DNA of 64,000 nucleotides from Amoebidium appalachense (Eukaryota; Protista; Ichthyosporea): NCBI GenBank assembly GCA_963693365.1, contig CAVNZM010000005.1, positions 2,780,342 to 2,844,341 of the forward strand, read 5' to 3'. Shown piece by piece: positions 33,323 to 46,810 of this stretch (position 1 is its first letter; each line of letters starts with the position of its first letter). The notes under the pieces were generated by a model. It saw only the letters and a program-made list of their open reading frames with translations, ran no database searches and was not told where the DNA came from. The position numbers and the translations under genes were made by a program.

Positions 33323-35110
33323 TTAGGCCTTTTCTTTGTTGTCTACCACATCTGCCTGGAAAATCATTGCTTCAACCTTCTCCACGCGCGCACCCGAAAC
33401 GTTCTTTTCAACATCACTTGCACCCATAACAGCACTGCACGTCGTGGTGACGTCACTGTTGTCATTTGACTCGTTTTGAAGGCGGAGCTTGGAGTTTGAG
33501 AAACCGTAAGAGAAGTAAATGACCAAACCAAACCCAGTCCACACAGCAAGGTTCAGGTATGACTGGTATGCCAGACCCGCCATTAAACAACCGTTGACGA
33601 AAATAGCCACCAATGGGGTGAAGGGCATCAGCGGTGCCTGGAATGTGATTGGTGCAGGGTTTCTGACGGCAAAATACCACAGGTAGACAATCCCGCACAG
33701 AGGAATGAACGAGAAGACGATGCCGGAAATCACACAGGCCCAGATGGGTGCCTCGGAGCGGCGGAGGACCATGAAGAATGCCCACGACCCAAAGCCGTAC
33801 CAGGCAATGAGGGCTGTGGGAATCCATGACCGAACAACCCTCTTGGTGGGGTGCTGGGAGGGATCAACAACATTGGGGTCGAAGTTAAGGCGAAGAAGAA
33901 GAACACTGGCCGAAACAACGGAGAATGCCATGAAGGTGCCGAGGGAAATGGAGTCGGATAGGAAGTCGAAGGTGAAGAAAAACGCAAGCAGACCGGCCAT
34001 GAGGGTGGTAAAGATGGTGCCTGCAACAGGTACTTGGCGCTTGTTGACGCGGCCAAGGGCAGGGTGGAGGAGACCGTCCTGGGCCATGGCAAGGAAGATT
34101 CTGGGCTGGCCCAGCATGGAGCAGAGCGCACAGCACGTGAGGGTGGTGACTGAGCCGATAGAGATGAGAGATGCGGCCCACCCGGCGCCAACATACTGAA
34201 ACGCCTGCGAAATCGGCGAATCGGTGTATGCGGGCTGCTGGAGAATCTGGTAGGGGACCATGCCGGTGATGACCAACCCCACGAGGCAGTAGAGGGTGGT
34301 GGCAATGCCGAGGGTGCCAGTCAGAGCGAGAGGGATATCGCGTTGTGGGTTGCGGGCTTCGGCACTCATTCCACTCACAGAGTCAAACCCAACAAAGCTG
34401 AAAAAGGCAATACCCGAGCCGACCAAAGTGCCACCAAAGCCCATGGGTGCAAAGGGGGTCCAGTTGTCTGCGTCGACAAACGAAAACCCGTAGCAGATGA
34501 CGAACAGAATGAGCACGACGTTGAAGGTGGTCATTGCGAGGTTGAACTTTGCGGACTCGTTGCACCCGACAAGCAGCACGCACGTGCATGCAAGCACAAT
34601 GAAGAGCGCCAAAGGGTTGATCTGGAACACGCCTACCAGCTTGATGGGTGTCAGGCCAACGGGGAGGGCGACGCCGAAATTCGCAAACGCCGAAGTCACA
34701 TACGAAGCCCAGCTGACGGCAATAGTGCCTGCGCTCACACCATACTCGAGGCACAGGTTCCACCCGAGGACCCAGGCGCACAACTCACCCAACGAGACAT
34801 ATGAATAGGCATAGGCCGAACCAGCAACAGGGAGAGCCGCAGCAAATTCTGCGTAGCAAAGACCAGAAAGCAACGCGGCAATGCCGGCAACAAAGAAGGA
34901 AATGCAGACAGAAGGGCCGGCATGGAAGGCGGCGATTTGGCCGGTGGTGACGAAGACGCCTGCACCGACACAGCAGCCAAGGCCGTAGGCAATAAGGTCC
35001 CACACATTGAGGCAGCGTTTGAGACCGTTGCCATCTTTCTGCTCATCTGTGAGGTTGATGGATTTGCATGATGAGAACTGCTGTAGTGCTCTTGTGATGA
35101 ATGCCGCCAT
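33323..35110 (-). CDS. APC-superfamily cationic amino-acid transporter (CAT/SLC7-like), intronless, copy 2, 595 aa
   Basis: Near-identical to 24618-26411; differences are mostly synonymous or in the C-terminal tail (2-aa indel). Confidence 0.97.
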   Translation of the reverse strand: MAAFITRALQQFSSCKSINLTDEQKDGNGLKRCLNVWDLIAYGLGCCVGAGVFVTTGQIAAFHAGPSVCISFFVAGIAALLSGLCYAEFAAALPVAGSAYAYSYVSLGELCAWVLGWNLCLEYGVSAGTIAVSWASYVTSAFANFGVALPVGLTPIKLVGVFQINPLALFIVLACTCVLLVGCNESAKFNLAMTTFNVVLILFVICYGFSFVDADNWTPFAPMGFGGTLVGSGIAFFSFVGFDSVSGMSAEARNPQRDIPLALTGTLGIATTLYCLVGLVITGMVPYQILQQPAYTDSPISQAFQYVGAGWAASLISIGSVTTLTCCALCSMLGQPRIFLAMAQDGLLHPALGRVNKRQVPVAGTIFTTLMAGLLAFFFTFDFLSDSISLGTFMAFSVVSASVLLLRLNFDPNVVDPSQHPTKRVVRSWIPTALIAWYGFGSWAFFMVLRRSEAPIWACVISGIVFSFIPLCGIVYLWYFAVRNPAPITFQAPLMPFTPLVAIFVNGCLMAGLAYQSYLNLAVWTGFGLVIYFSYGFSNSKLRLQNESNDNSDVTTTCSAVMGASDVEKNVSGARVEKVEAMIFQADVVDNKEKA

Positions 35111-35265
35111 TTTGCCTCAATGCACGTGGTGTGCAAACTAAACACTGTGTAGTAGCTGTAGTTGCAGGGCGTGGTGCAACGCTTACGCCAACGTCGTCCC
35201 GATGATTTACTAACAGATAAATGGCATTATGCGAGACTGGCTGATGAAGGGACATTGCGCCGAAG

Positions 35266-35353
35266 TTTATATACCATTGGATCTCTCCTCTGATTGGCCG
35301 AAACCCTAATAGTTCCCGGATTGGTTGCTTATTTTATACCCATATTTAATTGG
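35266..35353 (-). promoter_or_regulatory. TATA box plus four CCAAT boxes upstream of transporter copy 2
   Basis: TTTATA 35266-35271 and ATTGG at 35276, 35293, 35320, 35349. Confidence 0.7.
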
Positions 35354-35940
35354 TAGATTGCTCTGAAAGAATGTAAACAAAGCGGATTCTTGAGATAACA
35401 ATCTCAGAGTCTATCTGGACAGCGGCAGCCGGAAGGACGGTCTGCCTAGGCCTACATGCAAACTCCGCCCGTAGCCCGCGTTTCTAACGTCAACGGGCAA
35501 AAAGACCAAGACAATTGATAAATTATCAGTTTATGTCAACGTGGTTGTCTTGGCGTGTATGTAACTGTGTTGGGAAGTGACATGTTCATCTATAAATAAA
35601 ATAAATGACGTCAGCATTACATTCCTTGAAACTTGTCCTATTTCTGATTGGCGAGCGTCGCTTTTGAAAGCAGCGTGCGGGCCGTGTGGCTGTTCAACGT
35701 GACTGTCCGCAAGTTTCGACATGCTGTCGGCCCGTCGGGGGATGAGCCCATGCATGACTCAGTGCCGGCCCGGGGCACTGGTGCACGTGACTGGTCACCG
35801 GTGGACCCATACTTTAAAGTTTTCACTTTTCAAAGTGACACGTGCCTTATCCTCTATATGTACATGCGATGTATATATTATAACCTCATTGTCGGTGCCT
35901 GTACGTGCACTGCTTAGTATACGGCTTCGTCTACTACGTA

Positions 35941-37830
35941 TTTTTTTATTTTTTTTATTATTATTATTATTATTATTTATTTTATCACGTTTTGTTCCCG
36001 GAGGGCCTAGGGAAACTACCGTCTACCACACAGCACCGACAGTAAACTAGTTAAGGTGCTATCTATGAGTTCAGCTAAGCTAAACCATCCTTCACAACCT
36101 AACTATAAGTACACACTTTGCCCAGGGCACTACCCCAGCCACGCCGGCAGGAGGCTCCAGTCCTCCCCTCCATTCAAAACCTAGCAATAAACGGCAACCG
36201 AGGGCTCTCATTGGTCGATCTACAGTATTGGGAAGTCCTAAGTGTTGTGTATAGTATTTACGGTGGGTATGGGTGGATGATGATGGGGTGTGGTAGTGGT
36301 GCTGCATATGGTGGGGGGTTGCTGCCAAACATTATTGTGTTGTTGTACGTATGTTGTGGCGATGTTTTTGTGAACTAAAAGGTGGGTTTTACAGGGCACA
36401 CTGGGTCTGTGTGTGTTCCGGCAGTCAGAACAGGCTGGCCGGGTGTGTGTGGGGGGTGTATTTGTGTGTGTCTTGGGTTTTTGGGGAGCCATACTTTTCT
36501 TTCTACGGGTGGTGGGTATATTGTGGTGTTTTTGCATTTTGGGGTGGGTGAGGGGAGTGTTGTGTTCCGTGGGTGCCAAATTTTTGAGAAAAAAAAGGAC
36601 TGCAACTCTACTGTGATTTTTCCTAAGATGGCCCGGGTGGTGGTCTTGGTGGTGCCGGTGGCTGCAAGTGGTGGGCCCACCGATCGTGGGCAGAATCCCC
36701 ATTCGACCCACTTGATGTCTTCGGGGTCTGGTGGGTCACCGTTACCTCCTATCCAGTTTATCCATACACATTGGTCTACCACCGTGGCTGCCGTATGGTG
36801 GTGCTGTGCCGTGGGGGTGTTTCGATGACGAGTGTACAGGACATTGTGGATGCAGGCTGTGATGGCCGTGGTCAGGGTGGGGACCTCCCCGGCCGCACCG
36901 GGGGCATGTGGGCTGTGGAACGACGGTGGGGTGATCTCGGTGTAGCCGTGTCATGGTATGCAGGGTGCCCATAGCCAGGGACAGGCTACGAATGTTGCCT
37001 CTGACGGAACCGATGGTTGCCTGTGCGGGCCCCTTGTTGAGCTTGAGGGGGTTCCGTTCGGCTGGGAGCAGTCTGGGGTCGGCTAGTATGGACATAGCCT
37101 TGGTCTTGCCGGCCATGTCGGTGAGGAAGTCCTTGAATGTTCAACCGGTTCAGTGTACCGGGAATGTTGCCGGGGATACGGTGGCCTTGTAGTCGTAGGA
37201 AGTATTTCCCCCCCCCCCGGGGCTGGAGGTAGGGGGGGGGGGGGGGGGGAGGGGGGAGGGCTTTTCCTGCATTGGCTGCCTTGTCTGCCCGTTATTCCGT
37301 TGACCGTACCGTTTGGTGTTGGATTGGTGCCCCTTCACCCACGATACCTGTACAGAGCCTGGTTGCCGTAGGGAGAGTTGGTCTCGTACGTGAGCCCGTT
37401 CCACTATGTGGGGGAACTTTAGCTTACGTCGAGGGGGTGTGGTGGGGTCCATGTTTGCCCCCCATCGGTCGACTACTCCGGGGTTATCGAGCTTGATGTG
37501 GATGGGGGTGGTGGTGGGGGTGAGCAGGAGGGCTAGTAGTACCCCTGTGAGTTCGGCTTGGGTGGATGATAGGGCCGTATGGAGCCTGGTCTTGGCCGTC
37601 ACTGGTGGTGCTTTCCGGTCCGGGGTGTCCAGCACAGCCCCGGCTCCGGCCTGGGCTATCCTCCTGCCCGGGTGGATGAGGCTGTCGTCTACTACGTTCG
37701 TAGGGCAGAAAACCTCTCGATCCAGCGAACAAAGTTGGGGCCGTGTAAACACATGACCCTCACTGGAACGTTTCTCAAATTTAAGTTGCCATGATAAACG
37801 TCTGATCAGGTCTGGTTGATTAGCTTTATT
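35941..37830 (-). mobile_element. 5'-truncated degenerate non-LTR retrotransposon (RNase H + C-terminal zinc knuckle, 3' UTR, (TAA)n/A-rich tail)
   Basis: RNase H motifs VVDDS..AGAGAV, SSTQAELTGVLLAL, IHIKLDN, VSWVKGHQ; frameshifted LHTMTRLH..CPRCG..HSLHPQC; minus-strand tail GATAAAATAAATAATAATAATAATAATAAAAAAAT. Confidence 0.85.
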
Positions 37831-37934
37831 TAATATGGCTCGGTGGTGCACATTGTGCACAAAGGGAGTGTGTTGGGAACACTGAGAGATGGAGGAGGGC
37901 GTGGAAGGGGGAGAGAAAGAGGGGGGGGGGGGGG

Positions 37935-38092
<158 letters not shown>

Positions 38093-38860
38093 GTGCATGC
38101 ACATGGGGGGAGTGGGGGGGGGGGGGGGGGGGGGGGGGGGGGGCTGCCTTCGCGTGTGTCTGGGTGCGTCACGAGGTGTTGCTGGCCATGGAAGCCTGCG
38201 CCAGCTAGTTGACACAGACACACAAACACACACACACGGGCACGCGATGCGCAGAGGGAGAGAGAGGGGGGGCGGGGGGGCCAGGGGGGAGAACGAGAGA
38301 GACAGACAGTTAGGGAGGGAGGAAGGGAGGGAGGAAGGGAGGGAAAGAGCGAGAGAGAGGGACGAGAGAAAGGGGGGGTAAGCCAGAAACCTCTTTTTTT
38401 TTTGGGGGCCGGGGGAGGGGGGGGGGGGGGGGGGGGGATGTATTCTGGGGAGGAGGACCCTGGTCTCTGGCTTAGCTACCGCACGCGTGGTCGGATCACC
38501 TCAAGGCCGACCGGGCAGCCACCAGCCAAGTTCAGATTGCGACAGAGTCCACCTGTCAAACACTCTCTGTGAACTAAGTGCAAAAATTTCCCGGTGCAAA
38601 AAATTCCTGTCACGGGGGAATAGAGAGAGAGAGAGAGAGATGGGAGGGGGGGGGGGGGGGGGGGGTAAAGGATTAGCATCAAAGGAAGCACTCGTGCCGT
38701 GTGCATGTTTGTGCACGTGAGGTAAAGGGAAGGGGAGATGGGGTGGGGGGATGGGGAAGAGGTGATAGAGGGCCTTCAGAGAAATACTGCCGCTACACGG
38801 TCGCAGTGCCTCTGTCAGGCTCTGATAGTCCGTCGTCAAGAGCCATGGGAGGAGGTGTGC

Positions 38861-38912
<52 letters not shown>

Positions 38913-40862
38913 GTGCACGTGCTTTCTTCCCTGCTACCCCGGCCAGTAGCAGTAGGGTTGGATCTCGGCCCAGCTCCCGCACCGAGTCACATGTATTCGT
39001 CGAACACATACGCAGTGTAATAATCCCAACTGTATATAATAAGCAGCACGGGGGGGAAGGGGGTACGGTTGTCAGGGGCGGGTGGAGATACAAAGGAAGC
39101 CAGGAGACATGTACTGGCTACCTATTCTTTCTAGGACCTTTCAATAAAGACGCCAAGTTAGGAACTTGGAAAGCCAACTGGACATCCAAGAAACAACACG
39201 AGACTGTTTTGGCCTATTACAACAAAGCCCCGTGCACACATAATAGCACAGTCATATGTGGGTGTGTCCGCACACCCGCTGGCTATCATATGCCTCTCTC
39301 TGGCCCACATCATCGTAGACGGCTCAGCGTGTGTTCCCAACACACACAAAGAGAACTAGATAGTGGGCGAGGATAATTATATGGACACACATGATAACGG
39401 TTGAACTTCTTGAATAATGGGGGAAAACTGAAGGACCCGGGGTGGAGGTAATTAAGCGACCTAAAGAGAGAAATTAAGGGTCCATGTGGGGGTTGGAGGT
39501 GTGTATGTGTGTGTGTGTGTGTGTGTATGTCGGGGAAGGGAAGGGGAAGGGAGGCTATAGGGCGTAGGGATCACTGGGTGTGTGTGTGTGGGGGGGGGGG
39601 GGTAGGGGGGGGGGGGGGGGGGGGGGGGGGGAGGGGGGGGGAGGGGGTAGAATTAATTAAGAATATAGAACGTGGAAAGAGATATTAAGCATAGGGAGGT
39701 AAATAGAGATATCGAGGCAAGAGGAATGTGTTTGTGTGTGTTGGGGGTGGGGCGGGGGGGGGGGGGGGGGGGGGGCTGGGAGGGGGGTGTGTGTGATGGG
39801 CCGGGGGGGGGGGGGGGGGGGGGAGGGGGGGGAGGGGGGAGGGGGCCGGGGGGGAGCAGGAGGGGGGGGGGGGGGGGGGGGGGGAGGATGGGATGACGAA
39901 TGTATGGGTAAATTAGAGAGTTTAATACTACACTGAGTAATCTTCAGGCCGGGTCCTAGGTGGCATATCTTCAAGACTAGAGAGAGGGAAAAGGGAAATG
40001 CCGGGCATTAATATTCTTCTTTCTCAATGGGGTACCGGTGCACACCGGTGCAATAGAATCTTCGTCCTTTCTAAATTCACTGCAGTAACTGGTTCGATGA
40101 AGTGCCAGGTGATGCTGGCGTTGTTGTTGTTGTTGTTGGTGGGGCGTTGGCGAGGGGGCTGGAGGGAAACACAAACCCGATGCCAAAAAAATTCCAATTC
40201 GAAGGCACTGGAGATATTATCTGTAGGCGCAAGCCAATAGCTCCTGGGTATATACGGTACCTTCCCCCCTCCCCCTCCCCCCTCCTCCCCTCCCCCTTCT
40301 TCCACCCCAGCCCCCTCCCCACCGCCCCCCTCCCTAACGCCTTTCCTACCTCCCCCAGGGCACACACACACACAAACGCACACAGACGCCATTCCCCAAT
40401 CCCCTCCCACCCCCCAAGTATAACAACCTGGTTTCTTTAGGTGCAATCCCCAATGGCCGGCTGACTTTGTGTGCCAGCTACATACAGTTTGCGCAAAGTT
40501 TCCGTTTTCATGGCGTATGGCTTTCTTTCCTTTTGCCTCACCCTTGCATTTTCTTCCCGCTCGCACCGACATGGTCATGGGGTGACACGGAAGGTGCATG
40601 CATCTTGAACACTGTGTCTTAGATCTTGAACCTTCAAATCGGCGCGCTGAAGGCATAACCTTATATGGGGTTTACACTGTTTACTCGAGGCAAAGAGAGA
40701 CCAGTCTCAGGTATGGGGGGGTTTTGCTCGGAATATTACCTCAGCGGTATATCATGATCACGTACATAGATGTCGGGTGATGACTATATATCAGGGTTTA
40801 CTTTCTCTACGAGACACCATAAAGACTAAGAAAAAATCAATTAGTTGGGGTTCCCCGTTTTT

Positions 40863-40918
<56 letters not shown>

Positions 40919-40947
40919 GCTCCCCTGGGACACTCGGTATCAGCTGG

Positions 40948-41036
<89 letters not shown>

Positions 41037-43265
41037 CTAGAATTTTGTAGTGATGTGTTTCTCAAGCCAATCAATACATCTAATAAACAGGTCGTAGCTA
41101 CGCGTGTTTAGTATAAAATCAAGGATGTTGTAATTTACAGGTAGGCTATCTTTCTGGGTGTCTGTTGTGAATGTGACGTGTGTGTGTTGCGGTATTATGT
41201 GGTCTATCAAACTAAATTTGGCGATACATGACCGTTTAAACTGGTGTGTGTGTGTGTTGTTTGGGCATGCAAACGATGCCACCTTATACTTATTAGATCT
41301 CCACTGTATAGCACGTGTACAGTAAAAGCGTGGTAATTGATCAATAATACCATCAGCTAGAGAAAGACCAGTTCTACAGGAAGGTAATATGTATTTAGGT
41401 GTTATACGTTTGCAAGTGCCATATTTGGCAATATGGTTGAGGCGGTCATTATATATAAAACAAGACATAAGGCTTAGTTTTTCGAGGTGTCTGCTTTCAT
41501 CGGGTCTAGTGTCGTGTGGTATCTTTTTCCATTTGTTATATTGCGTGATTATCTTGTGATTATAATGATGTTTAATAAGTAAGTGGCAGTCCAAAGTCAC
41601 ACGCACACTTTTGCGGGGTTTATTTGTATTTGTGCCCAGGGGAGAAGGAGAGAGAGAGGGAAGGAAAGAGGGGAGAGGTGAGGAGGGAACAGGTCGGATA
41701 GAGAAGAGAGGGTGGGAGGGCAAATACTTCTTTAAGCGGCTTATGTGCTTATTGAATTTCAGCTCGAGATGGGATACTCTAGCAGCTATTGGGACCAGAC
41801 CATATATCGAGAGCGTTACAGGCCCAGGTTTACAACAGTTGTTAGATAGAAAGGAGGCAACTTCTGCTTCAAGGAAATTTGCCAAGGGTTTAAGCGCTCT
41901 AGTTCTCTCTTTCTTGATCCAAGCGGCGAGAAGGGGTAAACCATATTCACATGCCGGGAAGACAAAAGTGCGAATAAATGTGAGTCTAATAGAGGGATGG
42001 AGGGGTTTGTCTTTGAAAATATTAGCCGAGAAGAAAGCTAACCGCTTACGAGCCAACTCTACCCTCTTTTGGACCATATGGGAAAACATAACACCAACAG
42101 AATTAACCGGAACACCAAGATATTTGTATTCTGGAACTATAGGTACAGGTTTAGATGACAATGTAAATGTGTGTAAATTGTTAGCTATATCAGGTACAAG
42201 AACACCACATTTGTCTATGTTAAGGATCATAAGGTTTGCCTTGCACCACTCTGACACTACATCAAACGATCTTTGCAGGCGTCTAGGGGTACGGGCAAGA
42301 AGGGACAGATCATCAGCATAGAGAAGTGCAGGCGGAAAGTTATTAATAGGGTCATCATTTTCGGCATAAATCTTGACAGCCAAATCATCTATAAATAGGT
42401 TAAACAAAAAGGGGCTAAGCAATGAACCCTGCAAGAGACCTCTAGTACGAGCAAAACCATATGAAAGATGCCCATTAACCACAGCTCTACCATAGGTTTG
42501 AGACAAGAGTGCTTCTAACAGAACACCAATGCAGTGTGGTACACCCCGTGCAGCAAGCTTTTCCCATAGAAGACCAGGGGAGACAGAATCGTAAGCAGTT
42601 TTCCAATCAATAAAACCAACATATCGTGCACCAACTTGCATAGAATCGTGCAGTGCCATTATTTGAACATAACATGAATTGTTCTTACGAAAAGCGGATT
42701 GGCATGGGTGTATGTGAAGAATAGATTGAAACCTAGGGTGATGTGCAAATAACCCAAGTAAGCATGCTTCAAAGAATCTACGAACAACCTGGGTTAGTGT
42801 GATGGGGCAAAAAGATGATATGGGGCCCTCAGAGTCCTTTTTAAATATGGGGATCACTAAGGTATCTAACCAAGATGACGGGACATGTCCACATTTAACA
42901 CACCAAGAAAAGAGAGAGCTCAACATAATAGTAAGATCAGGTTTAATAGCACGATCACTTTCCTTTTGTGGGTAGGGGGGAACAAGGATTTTTAGGAACC
43001 CAGCAGGAAGTCCATCAGCTCCACAAGACTTACTAGAGCTATAACTAGATATCACAGACCATATGGTATCGGGACTGAAAAAGGGGAGGATCGATTCTTT
43101 GGGGTTAGACGGGTCTACAGGCCAGACAATAGGTTTCTGAGCGGGGGTCCTATCGTTAAACAGTTCCGAGAAATACTTATCAGAGTTTATGAGGGGGTCT
43201 CCAGTGGCATCACCAATAATACGAGCAGGGGGGCCAAATCGATTCATACTAGCAAGCCGGCGCAA
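41037..43265 (-). mobile_element. Non-LTR (LINE) reverse transcriptase ORF, 742 aa, 5'-truncated
   Basis: KSCGADGL, LVIPIFKK, PITL, QSAFRK, FIDWKTAYDSV, GLLQGSLLSPFLFNLFIDDL, LLYADDL, YKYLGV. No endonuclease seen upstream; the stop is followed directly by (CG)n(CA)n. Confidence 0.95.
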
Positions 43266-43704
43266 GCTTTCCTTTGGGACAGGGGCTCACCTAGTCTAGC
43301 GGGAGTGGTGTTTGGTAACAAGAGAGCATCGGGATATTCCTTCCTACCACCACCAGCATAATCACCGAGATCATCAACAATAAAGTTCGTGCATGTATCT
43401 TATTAGAAAATTACTCCACACGTGATTGGTCAACGCTGACAAACCCTCGCATTCCTAAGATTACTTAGTTTTGCATTGATTGGATAACGCTCGGATAACG
43501 AAGATGGCGACATTCTACAGTCAAGTATACAAACAAATCTTCCGGGTCACTTTGACCACATGCCGCAATCAACAGTCTTACCAACGACAAAGTTTTAAAA
43601 ACCGTTCAGCGTAAAGTAAAATACAGAAGTAAATTCATCTCGCGCTTTTTTTTTACCAATCTTGCAAAAGTCTTCGCCTAAATATATTTCCCCCATATAA
43701 AAAA

Positions 43705-44241
43705 ATGGCCGCCGCTGTCGTCCTCCAGTCAACTGCCGCCCTTGCGTCTGCCCTCGCCTCCATCGGCTCCCCCACGCCCGTGGGCTGTGTGCCCGATTGC
43801 GTGGCAACATATGACGCCACAAACAGTCTCCCGGCCCTGCGCCTTTGCGTCAAAAGCTGCGCCCAAACTGCTCTCTCAGTAACGTCCCAAGACACACAAG
43901 ACGGAGTTCCACTTGCAGGTGGCCGGAGAGCTGCCCCTCTTGCAGACGCAGCCGTTGCAAACGCCCAGGACGAAGTGTCACAATGGGCGCCATGGCTCAA
44001 CGTGCCAGAGGGTACACTTTCAGGGTCCGTGCGGAACCCAACCAATAACGATATCCGGGTGGCTGGGGGGTCTGTGGCTGTGGCCAAACACCGCGTGCAG
44101 GCCAGGGCCGCTCTCAGGGCTGGGCGGGGGAGCTATGTGGAGTGCAGCACCCAGTGCTTCTCCCACTGGGCGGGCATCGACGACCAGCAGCTGCAGCTCT
44201 GCAGAGCAAAATGCTGCCGCTTGTATCCGGGCTTCTGCTGA
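43705..44241 (+). CDS. Small Cys-rich protein, 178 aa, possibly secreted, with two CX3C-X14/15-CX3C modules
   Basis: Intronless ORF with AAAATGG start, Ala-rich hydrophobic N-terminus, CVPDC-X15-CVKSC and CSTQC-X14-CRAKCC..C. A paralog lies at 48709; CCAAT box upstream. Confidence 0.7.
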   Translation: MAAAVVLQSTAALASALASIGSPTPVGCVPDCVATYDATNSLPALRLCVKSCAQTALSVTSQDTQDGVPLAGGRRAAPLADAAVANAQDEVSQWAPWLNVPEGTLSGSVRNPTNNDIRVAGGSVAVAKHRVQARAALRAGRGSYVECSTQCFSHWAGIDDQQLQLCRAKCCRLYPGFC

Positions 44242-46700
44242 AGCACCCTTCGAGTGCGATTCAACCGTTGTGTTGCGGTCATGCCCACGCCCGAACTTTA
44301 GTTAAACCAAAGTTTAAGAGTGATCCGGAGATCATGGCCTCAATTGCAACAGATCTAGAGTGCAGCACTGGACATGTACGGGAAGACGGTAGCCTCTGTG
44401 AGGTGAATTGGAAAAATAAGAAATCTAAAAACAAAAACAAAATGATACAGATGAATGTCCACGCGTGGATAACCCGGATTAGCATACGTGTTTTTTTTTT
44501 TTACAGAACAAGTCATTCCAGGCGTTCCTAGGTGTGAAATAAAGAGAGCAAAAATGGGCTTTGCCGTTCGCTCACCATTTGCTGCGGTTGACCAGTAGGT
44601 CTCGCTAGGCCTGAGCCATAATCGAAGCATTGATGATATGATTTCCAGGTGGTCAAAGTCTGCGTGCTCAACACATGTGCCTGTAGATCTAGAGGACCAA
44701 CATTTACAACAATGCTTGCATGGGTGTTTGTGTTTCTGGCTGCATGGGAGCTCCGGTGCTTGGTGCTGTGTATGTGTGGGGCTGAGTGCGCGCATGCAAG
44801 TGCGTACGGTGTGTTATGCATGCATTGTTGGAAGTAGAGTCCGCTGTGTTCAAGGGGTCGACGTGGCGCGCTCGGGCGCTGACTCGTTTTTACTGCTTTC
44901 AGTGTGTGAACTCCATGACTAAAACTCCATGTCTGCACCTGGCAGAGACGTGAGTTATATACCCGTGGGGCAGCCGTTTGGAATGGAATCCGGATGCCAG
45001 GCACTAATTGGATTGGTTACTTACATTTGGAAGATCTCTTGGACCAGTGAACCAATCGTTTGCGGTCTAAAGTTTCTAAATACAATTGGCAACATTCCTC
45101 GAACTATGCGTCTAGTGCATGTGGTGGTCGAGTGTCAGCGTGTGTCTGTGTACACGGAACCAATTGTAAAGCTAATATACACATATTGTGGAGTGCGTGT
45201 AAGTCTGCACTCCAATATGCATATGCCTATTGTACATGCACACGCACCTACATATATTTAATGGGGGGAAGGGGAAACAGGGGGGCGCGGGGGGGGGGGG
45301 GGGGGGGGGGGGGGGGAGGTTGGTGTGTGCCCGTGTGCACATGTGCACGTGTGTTGCTGACTTGATGCAACCCCGGCTGCACCCATGTGCAACAAACTGG
45401 GGAGGGAGGCCTAGTAGAAGACGGTTAGGGATCATAATAAGGGGAAGAGAGATAGTGTGTATTTTTAGGGTTATTACTATCTCGTAAAAACCCTCTGTTT
45501 AGGACGGATCATTAAAGTTCAAAAACAAGGGGGGAAAAAAAAAAAAAAAGCAATCGACAGTGCCTGTGCCTGCGTGCCACTGGGACTGTGTGTGCGTAAA
45601 TGTTACAAAAGACCTTGTTCCTATCTCAATGAATGTGTGCGCCAACTTGGGCCTGCGTGCCCATGATCCCCCCCCCCCCCCCCCCTCCCCCCCCCCCCCC
45701 CCCCTCTTCCTGTCTCTCCTTCGGAGACACATGAACATGCAAGTGCTAGGCAATTATTATGCTTCCTAGGATGCTACCCCCCCCCCCCCCCCAGTCCCCC
45801 CCCCCCCCCCCCCTCTTCCACCTCTTCTTCCCTTCAGACCAACAAGAACAGAGAAAGCATGTTAGTAGTTAAACGGCTACCCAATGAACTAACAACGGGC
45901 AAGCCCCCTCTCCTTCCCCCCCACCCCCCCCACCCCGCCACCCCACCCCCCTTTCTTGGACGGCTCGATCTAGGCCTCTAGTATACGGATGATTCGTTGC
46001 TCTTGCTAACCGTTCGTTGTAGTTATCCCTAGCTTCTTAGCCCTTTGCTGTGCCCTCTCGTGTGTCAAACCAACCACCGCCCGTAAGTTAGCGTTTGGGT
46101 GGCGAGCAGTCGAATGTCAGAAGCCTTGTCTCGCACCAAATAGGAGACGTGATCATGTTAGGTCACTTTACTGATCTTGACATACATTTTCGTGCCTTTT
46201 TCGAGCTAAACGCCAAAACCGCTGTGTGAAAATGGTTAACAAATAGACGCCTCCTATTTTGCTCACCGCCCAGTCGGCTAAAATAGGAGAAGAGTTTGCC
46301 AAAGTTTCATCAAATCTGTGCTCTCTTTCACGATTCTGCAGTCTGCTGTGCTCTAAGACTTTCACCAGTGCTAATACCCCCCCCCCCCCCCCCCCCCCCC
46401 CCCTCCCCACCCCAACCCTAGCTGCCATCCCTTGATCCAGCTCCCCACCCAACATTCTTTTGTCGTCGCATGTTGACTACACCCACACCACAAAACACCC
46501 ACAGACAATCCGAACTCTTACGCACGGTGACTTGGGCCGATGCAAACCACACACACACATATCAGTGTACACACACGTTAATTAGATATATATAACAAAC
46601 AGGGACATATACCTACACACAAGTATGCACACAGAACTTGCACACGCATGCACGCGCGCGCGCACACACACAGACGCACACACATTCGCACGCGCGCGCG

Positions 46701-46810
<110 letters not shown>

